Shown here piece by piece: positions 47,725 to 59,422 of a stretch of 64,000 bases of DNA. The notes beneath the pieces are model-generated. The model saw only the letters and a program-made list of their open reading frames with translations. It was not told the DNA's origin and ran no database searches. A program made the position numbers and the translations under genes. The DNA comes from Acidimicrobiales bacterium. Lineage in GTDB: Bacteria > Actinomycetota > Acidimicrobiia > Acidimicrobiales > SZUA-35. Positions within the stretch are counted from its first letter, which is position 1; the number at the start of each line of letters is the position of its first letter. The stretch lies in assembly GCA_041394345.1 (NCBI GenBank), contig JAWKIN010000010.1, positions 23,287 to 87,286 of the forward strand, written 5' to 3'.

Positions 47725-49948
47725 CTACTGGGTTCCGAGTGCCGCTGCCCACGCCAGGGCCGCTTCGTCGTCGGCCTTCATCGCCCGCTCGGTATCGATC
47801 TCGAGCCGGATGATTCGCCCTTCGAAGTCGTACGGACCGGTGAATCCGTCGGACACCCCGGCGACGCTTCGACCGATGTCGAGGCCGATTGGCGAGATCA
47901 TGTTGGGGACGAGCGGAATGATCGCCTCGCTGACTGGCCGGCCATCGATGGCAAGCAGCGCCCGGGCCGGACCCTGCCGGACTCGTTCCTGGCGGACCTC
48001 GATCACGATTTCGCCGGCTGGCACTGGCTCAGGTGAGCGCACGAGTGTGTGGTCACCAAAGGCGTTGTGGTCGTAAATCAAATGCCCAGTGCTGTCGAGA
48101 TAGAGAACCAGCCCGTTGTTGATCGTGCCGACGGCGATGATGACGCCGCCCGCCGTTTCGCTGGCCCGGTCGAGAAGGGCCCGCAGATGCCAGGTACGGC
48201 TCCCGGAGTGGGGGAGCAGCATCGGCTGGGACTCGGTCGAGCGGTGGGTGATAGAGATAGCGGTCGTTTCCACCCGGCGTGCCCGTCAGCTTGTGCCCAG
48301 CAAAGAGTCGGGCGTCCTGTTCTTGGATTGGCAAAACCCCGTAACGTCCGGCCTCAATCCAGAACAGTTCGATCATTCGTGCCAGTTTCTCCGGCTCGGC
48401 CTCGGCCAGGTCGTGGCATTCGGAGAAGTCGTTGTCGAGGTGGTAGAGCTCCCATTGATCCTCGTCGATGTGGCGTCCTTGCTTGTGGAAGGTCACGGCC
48501 TTCCATCCGTCGGCGTAAATGCCGCGGTGGCCGAACATCTCGAAGTACTGGACCGGTTTTCTTCGATGGCACCTGTATCGAGTCGTTCGCTTCGGGTGCT
48601 AACGGCAGGTGAAGCTGGTGCCATGGATCGGTTGCTGGTTTGTTCCTCGGTACGACGTTGGTGCCTCCACGCCGACGAGTTCGAGCACCGTCGGTACGAC
48701 GTCGGTGATGTGATGGAATTGGCGACGGGTCTGGCCGGCGATGGCCGGGTCGAGCTTGGCTGGCCACGCAACGATGAGTGGATCGCGCACACCGCCGCCA
48801 TGAGTGTTTTGCTTGTAGCGCTTGGCGGGCGTGTTGCCGACCTGAGCCCAGCCCCATGGATAGTTGGTGTTGGAGCGTGGGCTGCCGATGTCCCCCAGCT
48901 TGGTCATACCGTTGGCGACCGTGTCGCCTATGCCGTTGAAGTAGCGGAACGTGTCGGTTACACCGTATTGCTGGCCCTCTTGGGAGGCGCCGTTGTCGCT
49001 CATCGCCATGATCAGCGTGTCGTCGCTGATCCCCATAGCGTCGAGTTGATCGAGGAGTCGTCCAATCTGAGCGTCGGTGTGGTCCAGCATGGCGGCGAAC
49101 GCCTCTTGAAGGCGACAGGCGAGGGCTTGCTCGTCGGCGGAAAGGCTGTCCCACGGCTCGACGCCTGGGTTGCGGGGAGCGAGGTCGGTCCCTTTGGGGA
49201 TGATGCCGAGATCGAGTTGACGTTGGTAGGTGCGCTCACGCCAAACGTCCCAACCCTCGTCGAAGTGCCCCCGATACTTGGCAAGGTAGCTGTCGGGAGC
49301 CTGATGCGGTGCATGGGTCGCACCGAAGGCCAGATAGGTGAAGAACGGGCGCTCCGGTACCAGGGAATGGTGGTTCCGGATCATTCGCAGCGCTTCGTCG
49401 ACCAGGTCGGCCGACAGGTGGTAGCCCTCTGCTGGGGTGGCAGGTGGGTCAACGAGATGATTGTCGCGATAGAGCTCCGGGTAGAACTGATCGGTCTCAC
49501 CCTGCATGAAGCCGTAGTACCGATCGAACCCACGCCCTAACGGCCACTCGTGAACGGTCCTGCGGCCGAGGCGTCGCGCATCGGCGCCAGGTGCCACTTG
49601 CCGACGGCGAACGTGCCATAACCCTCGGCCTGGAGCATCTCGGCCAGCGTCGCGGCACTCGCGCCGATGCGGCCCTCGCATATTGTCGAACCCTGGTGTC
49701 AAAGCTCGACAACGCCCGCATGCCCACGGCGTGGTGGTTACGGCCGGTGAGAGACAGGCCCGGCTTGGCGAACAGAGCGCGGTCGTATGGAAATTGGTGA
49801 AACGAACCCCTCGATCGGCCAGACGGTCGAAGTTGGGTGTTGGGATCAGTCCGCCGAACCCGGAGAGGTGAGCGAACCCCGTGTCGTCGAGCAGGATGAG
49901 AATGACGTTCGGGGCACCTCGGGAGGGAGCACAGGCGCTGGCCACCAC
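47725..49948 (-). CDS. Cys-type arylsulfatase (about 740 aa), at least 4 frame breaks
   Basis: NVILILLDDTGFA..TALCSPSRACL (CxPxR) LTGRNHH in frames 48599..49948 and 49497..50018; SDNGAS; WGWAQVGNTP; C-terminal parts in 48053..48538 and 47725..48273. Confidence 0.9.
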
Positions 49949-50099
49949 GGCGTGGATTCAGCGGCCGTTCGCCCGACAGTCGGACCCGAAGAAGTTGAGT
50001 GAGTAGCCATCTGCGCACACTACCGAGTGATGGGCTCGGGGTGTGAGTTGAACGCTGGACTCGCTCACGGCGGAAGGGTGACCGGTAAGCAGTAACCGA

Positions 50100-50345
50100 T
50101 TAACCGCAGATCAGCCAAGGCATGCCGGGCGCGCTGGCGGAGTGCCTCCGAACAGTGGTCAACCCACTCAGCGCTTCAACCTCAATGATCTCGTTGTCGT
50201 ACGTCAGTGAGACCTCGCTGGCTGCGCTGCAAGAAGGTGACTCGTTGGACACCGCGGCCGAGTAGCGACTGGTCGCCGAGGAATCGTCGCCTTGGACCCG
50301 AGGTGTCGCCGTTGGTCGCAACGGTCCTCTTAGCGATGTGGCCAA
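50100..50345 (-). CDS. Hypothetical small ORF
   Basis: 81-aa ORF with no recognisable family. Kept only because nothing else explains the interval. Confidence 0.2.
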   Translation of the reverse strand: MATSLRGPLRPTATPRVQGDDSSATSRYSAAVSNESPSCSAASEVSLTYDNEIIEVEALSGLTTVRRHSASAPGMPWLICG

Positions 50346-50359
50346 GCTGGAGGTGAAGT

Positions 50360-50949
50360 TTAATCAGGCCGGCGTTCTGGGGCGGTGTTCGGCCTTCTGG
50401 CATCGAGGATCTGTCGATGGACCGTGGCGGCCGAGTCGATCAGCTCGAACTGCTTGGGATGTAGGAACGACATGCCGGGAGGTGAACCCCTGGGTAGAGC
50501 TTCCCGAGCGGGTGACTGTCTCCGAACACGATTGTTCCTGTCCCGTTGCTGCGTGTCTTCAACGAGATCGATCCGAGCATTTCGAGCGGCAGAGTGTGAA
50601 GCGACGGTGCTGACGGTGACCCCGTGGCAATGAGGATCCGCTGGTTCGTGAGCCCATACGCGGTGCGCGCCCGAACGCGTGCGTCGACAAAGAACCGGCC
50701 GATCGTGAAGTAGATGCCCATGATCAGGAAGGGGATTCCCCACACCATGAGTATGAGCGGCGCGTCACCGGTGACAACGGCGGGCTCCCAGAACATGGTG
50801 AAGCCGAACCACATCAGACTGAAGGGGATCAGATAGGCGTCCGATGGGCGGAGGAGGAGTCCACGACGGGGGTGACCCGACCAGAGCATTCGCTCGCCGG
50901 CTTGGAGTTGCTGATTGAGGTCGTGGCCATTGCTGTCGATTCCAATCAC
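50360..50949 (-). CDS. Hypothetical membrane protein (two TM helices plus a PH-like C-terminal region), one frame break near 50470
   Basis: ERMLWSGHPRRG..LIPFSLMWFGFTMFW..LILMVWGIPFLIMGIYFTIGRFF..TAYGLTNQRILIA..NGTGTIVFGD in 50440..50949. The tail PKQFELIDSAATVHRQILDA is in 50360..50743. Confidence 0.55.
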
Positions 50950-51588
50950 TCAGCGCTCCTTCGCTTGGGATTGGTCGTTCATAGTATGTCGGCGCCATCG
51001 CTCGAAGCGGGAGCACCTTCGACCGCCGACCGCTCAGGCATGTCAACACTCCTGCGATCGGGTTGGGGTTGTTCCCCGAGTGGTCGCCGCCACACTGGGC
51101 CAGTGTCGTCGAGCCTTGCTGAGAGCCGTTGCTGTGGCTGATGGTGAGGTTTTGGCCCGGGGTCGCATGGGCAGCACCTTTCGGCGCCTCCGCCACGTGC
51201 AGCCGATATGGATGGGGATGCTGTTCCTCCTGACCGCATCATTCGGGTACCTCGTCCTTCGATTTCTCGTGGTTTTGCCGGCACCGACTGGCTCCATGAA
51301 CCAAACGGTGGGTGACACCCCGCTCGGCACCCTGAGAACGCTTGCGATGGTCGGCTCCGGGAACGATGAACGCTCGGGTCAGCTTCCGCACCCACGATGC
51401 TCCTCAGGCGCAGCATGACGAGCGACTTCGCGTCGTTTGCCCCGATCACTGGTACAACCGCGTAGCCCCTGACGATCTGGCCGGCACCCGTGAAGTAGCG
51501 CCAACCAGCACGCCGGGTGGCTTGCGTGAGCAGTGTGGAACTGGCGTCGCCAAGACATTCGCCGTCTATCCGTTCCCGTTGAGGCTCG

Positions 51589-51936
51589 TCATCCAAGGGG
51601 GTCGGTTCGAAGCACGTTGCTCTCGGGGTGGTCGGCTCTCAGCCGGTCCACCTCCTCGAGCAGGCCAGCGGCATCGGACTGCTTGATGCCACCGACTTCC
51701 GTCTCGGTACAGATCTCATGCCGACACTCGTCCGTCCGGGCGACACCAACCAGGAGCACCTCGAAGTCTCGCATCCACCCTGCGAGGTTCGCTGCGGCTT
51801 CGATGCGCCGTGCGACGCTGAACGCGGACACTCGTTGGTGCGGCCAGATGAATTGAGCGATGCTGTTCTGCACGAGCCACTCCCGGTGATGCGGCAAGGC
51901 TACGCACAGGATTTCGAGCGACGCTGCATCTGCCAC
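51589..51936 (-). CDS. Hypothetical protein (orphan; may extend upstream in another frame)
   Basis: The 115-aa ORF has protein-like composition (LEILCVALPHHREWLVQNSIAQFIW..AANLAGWMRDFEVLLVGV). The antisense + ORF 51628..52116 has similar third-position GC, so the strand is uncertain. Confidence 0.3.
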   Translation of the reverse strand: MADAASLEILCVALPHHREWLVQNSIAQFIWPHQRVSAFSVARRIEAAANLAGWMRDFEVLLVGVARTDECRHEICTETEVGGIKQSDAAGLLEEVDRLRADHPESNVLRTDPLG

Positions 51937-52674
51937 GTTGGGCGCGCTCCGCGGACGGGTCCTGGGGTTGAGTTGGACTTGACTGCGCCGGTGTGCCCGA
52001 ACGGCAGCTCGAGCGCTGCGTCAGTTTCACGGTCCGCCCGTTCGAGGCGGGTACTGCTAGGCGGGCTTCCATTGCCGCGCAGGTCGCGTCGGCGGGCAAC
52101 ACAATCCAGAGAGTGAACCGGCGAACCAGCTGGGCCCTGCGGTCTCGGCTGAGGACGCCTACGGCGCTGAGGCGATGCCATTGTTGGCAGGCCCGAAATG
52201 CATCATGACCGTGCCCCCCGATATGGAGCGCATGCAAACCATCGGACTGGCACCAAGCCTGCACACTCCCGCCAAGGCGGGAGTCGTTCTTACGTGGCGA
52301 AGCCTCGAGACGACCTGTGGCCTTCATGGCGTGACGCCGACAGCCCCGTTGACGGCAGTGATCCGAGCGCATGGGCTTTCGCGTCGCCAACTCGATACCG
52401 CATTCGCATCTGTCGGCATTCCGACGGACGACGAGGTGATCGCAGCGCTCGCCCGCTTGTGCTAGCGGACGCTCTCCGCTGTTCGCTCATCCTGCAGCCG
52501 CCACCCGATATCGGCGTGTCGCCGCAAGAAGCACGCGGCAACCCGACATCCCCCCGGGTCGGGTAACACTCCGGCTCCTGCGATAACCGTCGACCGACGG
52601 GGTGCCGCTGTCGTCTACTGTCGTAGGTGGTCTCTGCCTGTAGGTAGAGGCCACGAGGTTCACGAGGAGACGGC

Positions 52675-54728
52675 GTGCCGAGCGAGACGATCAACAACCA
52701 CGCAGCATTCATCTGGTCGGTGGCCGACCTGTTGCGCGGCGACTACAAGCAGTCGGAGTACGGTCGGGTGATCCTGCCGTTCACCGTGCTTCGTCGCCTG
52801 GACTGTGTGATCGAGCCGATCAAGGGCGACATGCTCGCCAAGTACGACAGTGTGAAAGACACCGTCGAGAACTACGGCCCGATTCTCGACCGGCTCACCG
52901 ACACCCGGCACCTGTGGAACACCTCGAAGTACGACCTGCCCAAATTGCTCGACGACAGCGACCACGTCGCCGCCAACCTTCGGGCCTATATCGCCGGGTT
53001 CAGCCCACAGATCCGCGACATCCTCGACCATTTCGACATCGACACCCAAATCACCCGGCTCAACAAGGCCAACCTGCTCTACATGGTCGTCGGCAAGTTC
53101 ACCGAGATCGACCTCCACCCCGACACCGTCTCCAACCTCGAGATGGGCTACCTCTACGAAGAACTCATCCGCCGATTCTCCGAACTCAGCAACGAGACCG
53201 CTGGCGAACACTTCACCCCGCGCGAAGTCATCCGCCTGATGGTGAACCTGCTGTTCATCGACGACGACCAGCTCCTGTCGAAACCGGGCATCGTCAAGAC
53301 CATGTTCGACCCTGCCTGCGGCACCGGCGGCATGCTGAGCGTGGCCGAAGACCACCTACGCCAACTCAACCCGCAGGCGAAGCTCGAAGTGTTCGGTCAG
53401 GAACTCAACCCCGAGACGTATGCCACCTGCCGGTCCGACATGATGCTCAAGGGTCAGAACGCCGAGAACATCGCCTACGGCAACTCGTTCTCCGAGGACG
53501 GCCACAAGGGCCGGACCTTCGACTACCTCCTCGCCAACCCTCCATTCGGTGTGGAGTGGAAGAAGGTCAAGGACGAGGTCACCACCGAACACGAGCAGCT
53601 CGGCCTCGCCGGACGATTCGGCGCTGGGCTTCCCCGAATCAACGACGGCAGCTTCCTGTTCATCCAGCACATGATCTCGAAGATGAAACGACCCGAAGAC
53701 GGCGGCTCACGCCTGGCCATCGTCTTCAACGGCAGCCCGCTCTTCACCGGCGCAGCAGGCAGCGGCGAATCGGAGATCCGCCGCTGGATCATCGAGAACG
53801 ACTGGCTCGAAGCCGTCGTCGCCCTGCCCGACCAGCTGTTCTACAACACCGGCATCTCCACCTACTTCTGGATCGTCACCAACCGCAAGGCACCCGAGCG
53901 CAAAGGCAAGGTGCAGCTGATCGACGCCCGCAACTCGTTCACCAAGATGCGCAAGAGCCTGGGCGAGAAACGCAAACAAATCAGCGACGCCGATGTTGCC
54001 GAGATCGTCCGCACCTACGGCGCCTTCACCGAAAACACCGTCAGCGGCGACCAGGCAGCAGGCGCAACCAACGAGGTCGGCTGCAAGATCTTCCCCAACG
54101 AAGCGTTCGGTTTCATGCGCCTCACGGTCGAGCGCCCCTTGAAGCTCCGGTGGGAGATCACCGCGGAAGCGATCGACGCTAGCGCTCGACAAGAACTGGC
54201 CAAGCTCGCCGACGTCGAGCGGGATGTGCTGCTGTCCGAGCTACGTGCGCAAGTTGGGGCCAGGTACGAGCGGGACGCTGATCTGCGACACAACGTCAAG
54301 GCCGCCATGTCGAAGGCAGGCGCGAACGCCAAGCCGATCGAGAACGCCATCGTTGATGCGTTCGCCATCCGTGACCCGGAAGCGTCGGTGATCACCGACA
54401 AGAAGGGCAACGCCGAGCCCGACAGCGAACTACGCGACAACGAGAACGTGCCCCTTCCCACCGGCACCGTTCGCTACGAACCAGACGTGACCGGGCGCCT
54501 GGCGACAGCGACCTATCGCAAAGCCGTCGATGAGTACGTCGAGGCTGAGGTTCATCCGTATGTGCCCGACGCCTGGGTCGACTACGACAAGACCAAGATC
54601 GGCTACGAGATCCCGCTCACCCGCCACTTCTACGTCTACACCCCACCCGCCCCCTCGCCGAAATCGACGCCGAGATCAAGCAACTCGAAGACGAGATCCA
54701 AGGTCTGCTGGCAGAGGTGACAGAGTGA
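52675..54728 (+). CDS. hsdM: Type I restriction-modification system methyltransferase subunit HsdM (long form), one frame break near 54647
   Basis: AAFIWSVADLLRGDYKQSEYGRVILPFTVLRRLD; FDPACGTGGML (motif I); LLANPPFG (motif IV, N6-adenine). The C-terminus is restored as RPLAEIDAEIKQLEDEIQGLLAEVTE, with a stop at 54726..54728. Confidence 0.95.
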
Positions 54729-55899
54729 CTGCGAGGCCAGTACGTCGGCTCTTCCGGATCGTGAACGGGGGCACTCCATCGAGCGAGGAATCGAACCGGG
54801 GCGGCGAGGTCGAATGGGCAACACCTATCGATCTTGCCCGCTGCAACGGTCGTGTTCTTCGGCGCAACCGATCGCAACCTCACCGCCGAGGGACATGTCA
54901 CTAGCTGGTCGCCTGTGACGGGCGGAAGTCTGATCGTCTCAACGAGGGCACCTATCGGATACGTAGCGGAGACATCTCGCCTGACTGCCTTCAACCAAGG
55001 TTGTCGGGGACTAGAGCCTAAGGGAGAGGTCGACATCCGCTTTACAGATACCAGTTCTCGTCGTCCTGGGCGAACTGCTGCAGTCGAGGGGTCAGGGGTC
55101 CACATTCTCGGAACTCAGCACGGAGAGCCTTGCAGACACTTCGATAGCTGCTCCGGGGTTGGAGGAGCAGCGGGCGATTGCGGACTACCTGGACGCCGAG
55201 ACCGCCCGCATCGATGCCCTCATCGCCAAGAAACAACAACTCATCCTCCTCCTCGAAGAGCGGTGGATTGGCGCAATCGAAGCTGAGCTGACCCATTGGC
55301 CCGAAGCGCCGCTCAAACGCGTCGCCCGAATTGACTACGGACTCGGTCAGCCACCAACGCTCAGCGACGAAGGCATCCCGATTCTTCGAGCTACGAATAT
55401 TGAGCGCGGGTTGATCAACCCCGAGAATCTCATATTTGCCAAACTCGATGATCTGCCGCTGGACCGGGCGCCGCTGTTGTCTAAGGGGGAACTGCTGGTA
55501 GTGCGCAGTGGGGCGTGGACAGGTGATTCAGCATTGGTGACAGCCGATTGGGCTGGTTCGTCGCCTGGATATGACCTTCGTGTATTCGGATGGACGATCG
55601 ACTCCGCACTTGTGGCATATCAGTTTCTCGGCCAGCGAGTTTGGAAGCAGATCGAGCTGGTTCGTTCTCGAGCGGCGCAACCGCATCTCAACGCCGAGGA
55701 GCTTGGGTCAATCCTTATTCGGGTTCCGACTGACCGAGGAGCGGAAGCCATCGCGCTGAAGCGGCTCGAGGCCCTCGACCGCTCAAGAAAAAGCACGAAA
55801 CTTGCTCTAAAAGGCCAGATCAGCCTTCTCGCCGAGCGACGACAAGCGTTGATCACTGCAGCGGTGACCGGTCAGTTCAAAGTTCCAGGAGCGGCGTGA
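54725..55899 (+). CDS. hsdS: Type I R-M specificity subunit HsdS, at least 3 frame breaks in the first half
   Basis: GTG 54725 overlaps the hsdM stop (GTGA). LFRIVNGGTPSS; STRAPIGYVAETSRLTAFNQGCRGLEP; GQGSTFSELS; conserved central helix LEEQRAIADYLDAETARIDALIAKKQQLILLLEERW; second TRD; C-terminal helix LLAERRQALITAAVTGQ. Confidence 0.85.
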
Positions 55900-58800
55900 T
55901 GGTTGGTCCGAAGGAAGCTGATTTCGAGTCGGTGATTTGTGAGTCGCTGGTCGCTTCGGGTGGCTACACCGAGTGGAAGGTCGGCAACGCCGCTCCCGAG
56001 CCTCGGCACTTCGATCCTGTACGTGGACTGGACACCGCTGAGCTGTTCGCCTTCATCGGCGCAACGCAGGCCGACAACTGGCACGAGCTCGTCAGCCGGT
56101 ACGGCGGCGACGTCAACGAAGCCCAGAAACTTTTCGCCAATCGTGTTGCCAAGGTGCTGGACCAGCGGGGAACTGTGGAAGTCCTCCGGAGCGGTGTTGA
56201 TGATCTCGGTGTCAACATCCAGCTGGCGTACTTCAAGCCGGGCACGTCGCTGAACACTGAGACACTCGAGCTCTACGAAGCAAACCGGCTGACCGTGACC
56301 CGTCAGCTCATCTACGAGACATCGGGCAACAAGACCTTGGATCTCTGCCTCTTTGTCAACGGGCTCCCAATCGCCACCATCGAGCTGAAGACAGCGATGA
56401 CCGGGCAGACGACCGACAACGCTCGGTCGCAGTACGAGAACGATCGTGATCCGAACAACACCACCCTCGCCCGGCGTGCGTTGGTGCATTTTGCGGTCGA
56501 TACCGAGATGGCGTGGATGACGACCCGGTTGGCGGGCAAGCGGACCCGCTGGTTCCCCTACAACCTGGGCCGCCGCAACGGTGGCGGGAATCCTGACAAC
56601 TCGAAGGGTCACCGCACCTCGTATCTGTGGGAACAGGTCTGGGTCCGTGACGCGTGGCTCGACATCCTCGGCCGTTTCGTCCATGTCGAGCCGACACCGA
56701 AAGGTAAGAAGCAGGACGGTGCGATCATCTTCCCCCGCTTCCACCAATGGGATGCCGTCATCCGCCTCGCTGCTCATGCACGGGACAATGGAGCCGGGCA
56801 CAACTATCTGATCCAGCATTCGGCCGGGTCGGGCAAGTCGAACACGATCGCCTGGCTCGCCCACCGTCTGTCGGGCCTGCATGACGAGACGGACACGAAG
56901 GTGTTCCACAAGACGATCATCATCACCGACCGCAAGGTGTTGGATCGGCAGTTGCAGGAGACGGTCGGCCAATTCGAGAAGACGGCTGGCGTGGTCCAGA
57001 AGATCGACGAGAACAGCCAGCAGCTCGCTGATGCGTTGACTGGAGAGCAGGCCCGGATCATCATTACCACGATCCAGAAGTTCCCGTTCGTGCTGGAGAA
57101 GATCGGCGCTCTGCCTGACCGTCGCTACGCGATCATCGCCGATGAGGCCCACTCGTCGCAGGCTGGCGACACGTCACGCGACCTGAAGCTGGTGCTGACT
57201 CGGGGCACTGCGGAGGAGACGCTGGCTGCGGAGGAGAGCGCCGAACTGGAGTCGGCGTCGGAGGTCCCGGATCCGGCGCAGGACAAGCTGGTCGCGGCGG
57301 TTGATGCCCGTGGCCGTCAACCGAATCTGAGTTTCTTTGCGTTCACGGCGACGCCGAAGGCGAAGACGCTCGAAACGTTCGGCACGAAGGTGTCGGTCGA
57401 GGGCGAGGTCCGATACGTCCCGTTCCATCTGTACTCGATGCGCCAAGCCATCGAGGAGGGCTACATCCACGACGTCCTCACGAACTACACGACGTATGAG
57501 ACCTATTGGCAGATCGAGAAGAAGGTCCCCGACGACCCGGAGTACGACCCGGGCCGGGCGAAGGCGGCCATCGCCAAGTACGTGAGCCTGCATCCGCACA
57601 ACCTCACGCAGAAGGCCGACATCATCATCAACCACTTTCGGTCAAAGGTCGCCAGCCAGGTCGGCGGCCAGGCCAAGGCGATGGTAGTCACCGCGTCTCG
57701 CACCCATGCGTTGCGGTACGGGTTGGCGTTGCGCCAGTACTGCACCGACCACGGGATCGGTGATGTCGGGGTGCTGGTGGCGTTCTCCGGGACGCTCAAC
57801 GATGGCGGCATCGACTACACCGAGACCTCGCTGAACGGGTTCCCGAGTCGCAGACCCCGGCCAAGTTCGACACCGACGAGTTCCAGATCCTCGTGGTCGC
57901 TGAGAAGTACCAGACCGGTTTCGACCAGCCCAAGCTGCACACCATGTATGTGGACAAGCCGCTCAGCGGGCTCGCTGCGGTGCAGACGCTGTCTCGCCTG
58001 AACCGGACGCACAAGGCGAAGGACTCGACGTTCGTCCTCGACTTCCGGAACAAGGCCGTCGACATCCGCCACGCCTTCGCCCCGTACTACGTGCAGACCG
58101 AGGCACCGCCGACCGATCCGAACCTCATGTACGACGCGCATCATCAGGTGACGCAGTTCGACGTTTTGCGTGGCGAAGAGGTCGACACGTTCATAGCGAT
58201 CCTCATGGAAGACGCCCACGCCAGCGACCGGATCCACGGAACCCTCGAGGGCGCCAAGGCCCGATTCTGGGAAGTGCTCGACGAGGACGAGCAGGGCCGG
58301 TTCCGTGACGCATTGAAGAAGTTCGTCAGCGCCTACGGCTATCTCTCCCAGATCGTCCCGTTCGGCGACATCAAGCTCGAACGCGACTACCTGTTCTGCC
58401 GGGCACTGTCGCCGTTCATCCAGCCCCCGACCGAAGCCCTGCCGGACGTGAGCGGCCAGGTCGATCTCACCCACCTGGCGACCCGGCTCATCGCCGAGGA
58501 AGAGTCGATCTCGCTGCCCACCGACGAGGGCGAACTCTCGGGCCCCGGTGAGATGTTCGGCCGGCCGGGCGTGCCCGAGGCCGAAGTGCTGTCGCAGATC
58601 ATCAAGCGCCTGAACGAGCGCTACGGCACCAACTTCGATCCGGCCGATCGCCTGTTCTTCGACGGTCTCGTGCAGAAGATGGCTGACCGGGCTGATGTTC
58701 AGCAGGCGGCGATGGTCAACGATTCGGAGAACTTCAACCTCGCCATGCGGGGCGACTTCCAAGACGCAGTCATCGACCAGATGTCGACCGCGACCGACAT

Positions 58801-59422
58801 CACCAAGAACTTCCTCGACAACGACGACTTCGCTGGTGATGTCCTTCGGGCCTACATGCCGTTGCTGCAAACCAAGGCTCGGGTTGCGGCTCAGCAGGGC
58901 TGCCCGATCAGTGAACTGCTCGGTGGCGAGACCTCGTGGCTCGAGTACAAGGCATCGTTGCGCACGAACAAAGACGGTGGGAAGTTCCGGGTGATGGAGG
59001 CGATGACACTCAAGACCGTGGCTGCGTTCCTCAACTCCTACGACGGGGGCACCCTGCTTGTCGGCGTGACCGACGACGGCGAGATCGCTGGCCTAGAGAA
59101 CGACTTCGCCACGCTTCGCAAGGAAGGCAAGGACGATGCCGACCTGTTCCTCCTGCACCTGAACAATTTGATGCGTGCCTCGATGGGGGCTGCGGCGATC
59201 ACCAACGTGTACACCGATGTCGTCCGGTGGGGTGGCGAGCACGTGTGCCGTGTTCACGTGCGGCCCTGCGGCTTCCCTGTCGAGGCCACGGTCACGCTGC
59301 CCGAGAACGGGCAGAACGTCACCAAGACCGCACGCTACGTGCGGATCAACAACGGCACGCACGAATTCAAGAACGACGACGAATGGCAGAAGTACGTCAG
59401 CCAACGCTGGCCCGGCGCATAG
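55896..59422 (+). CDS. hsdR: Type I restriction endonuclease subunit HsdR with a C-terminal AlbA_2/Schlafen-like domain (about 1175 aa), one frame break near 57843
   Basis: The start overlaps the hsdS stop (GTGATG). Nuclease core DLCLFVNGLPIATIELK; helicase motifs QHSAGSGKSNT, IIADEAHSSQ, FTATP, VVAEKYQTGFDQPKLHTMYVDK, QTLSRLNR. Last 170 or so aa: GETSWLEYKASL..KTVAAFLNSYDGGTLLVGVTDDGEIAGLE..HVCRVHVRPCGFPV..YVRINNGTHEF. Confidence 0.93.

Noticed and set aside
51271-51297. P-loop-like EPVGAGKTT on the minus strand, and on the plus strand the same bases read PAPTGSM, reminiscent of an S24/S26 peptidase Ser motif after a TM helix.
   Set aside because: The first glycine of the Walker A motif is missing and no Walker B follows. 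The peptidase reading lacks the downstream GD/KR boxes. The two readings are mutually exclusive and both are weak, so the region is left as unassigned.
54725-55160. hsdS frame breaks as phase variation of restriction specificity.
   Set aside because: There is no simple-sequence tract at the breaks. The same kind of break occurs in essential genes across the window, so consensus error is the more economical explanation.
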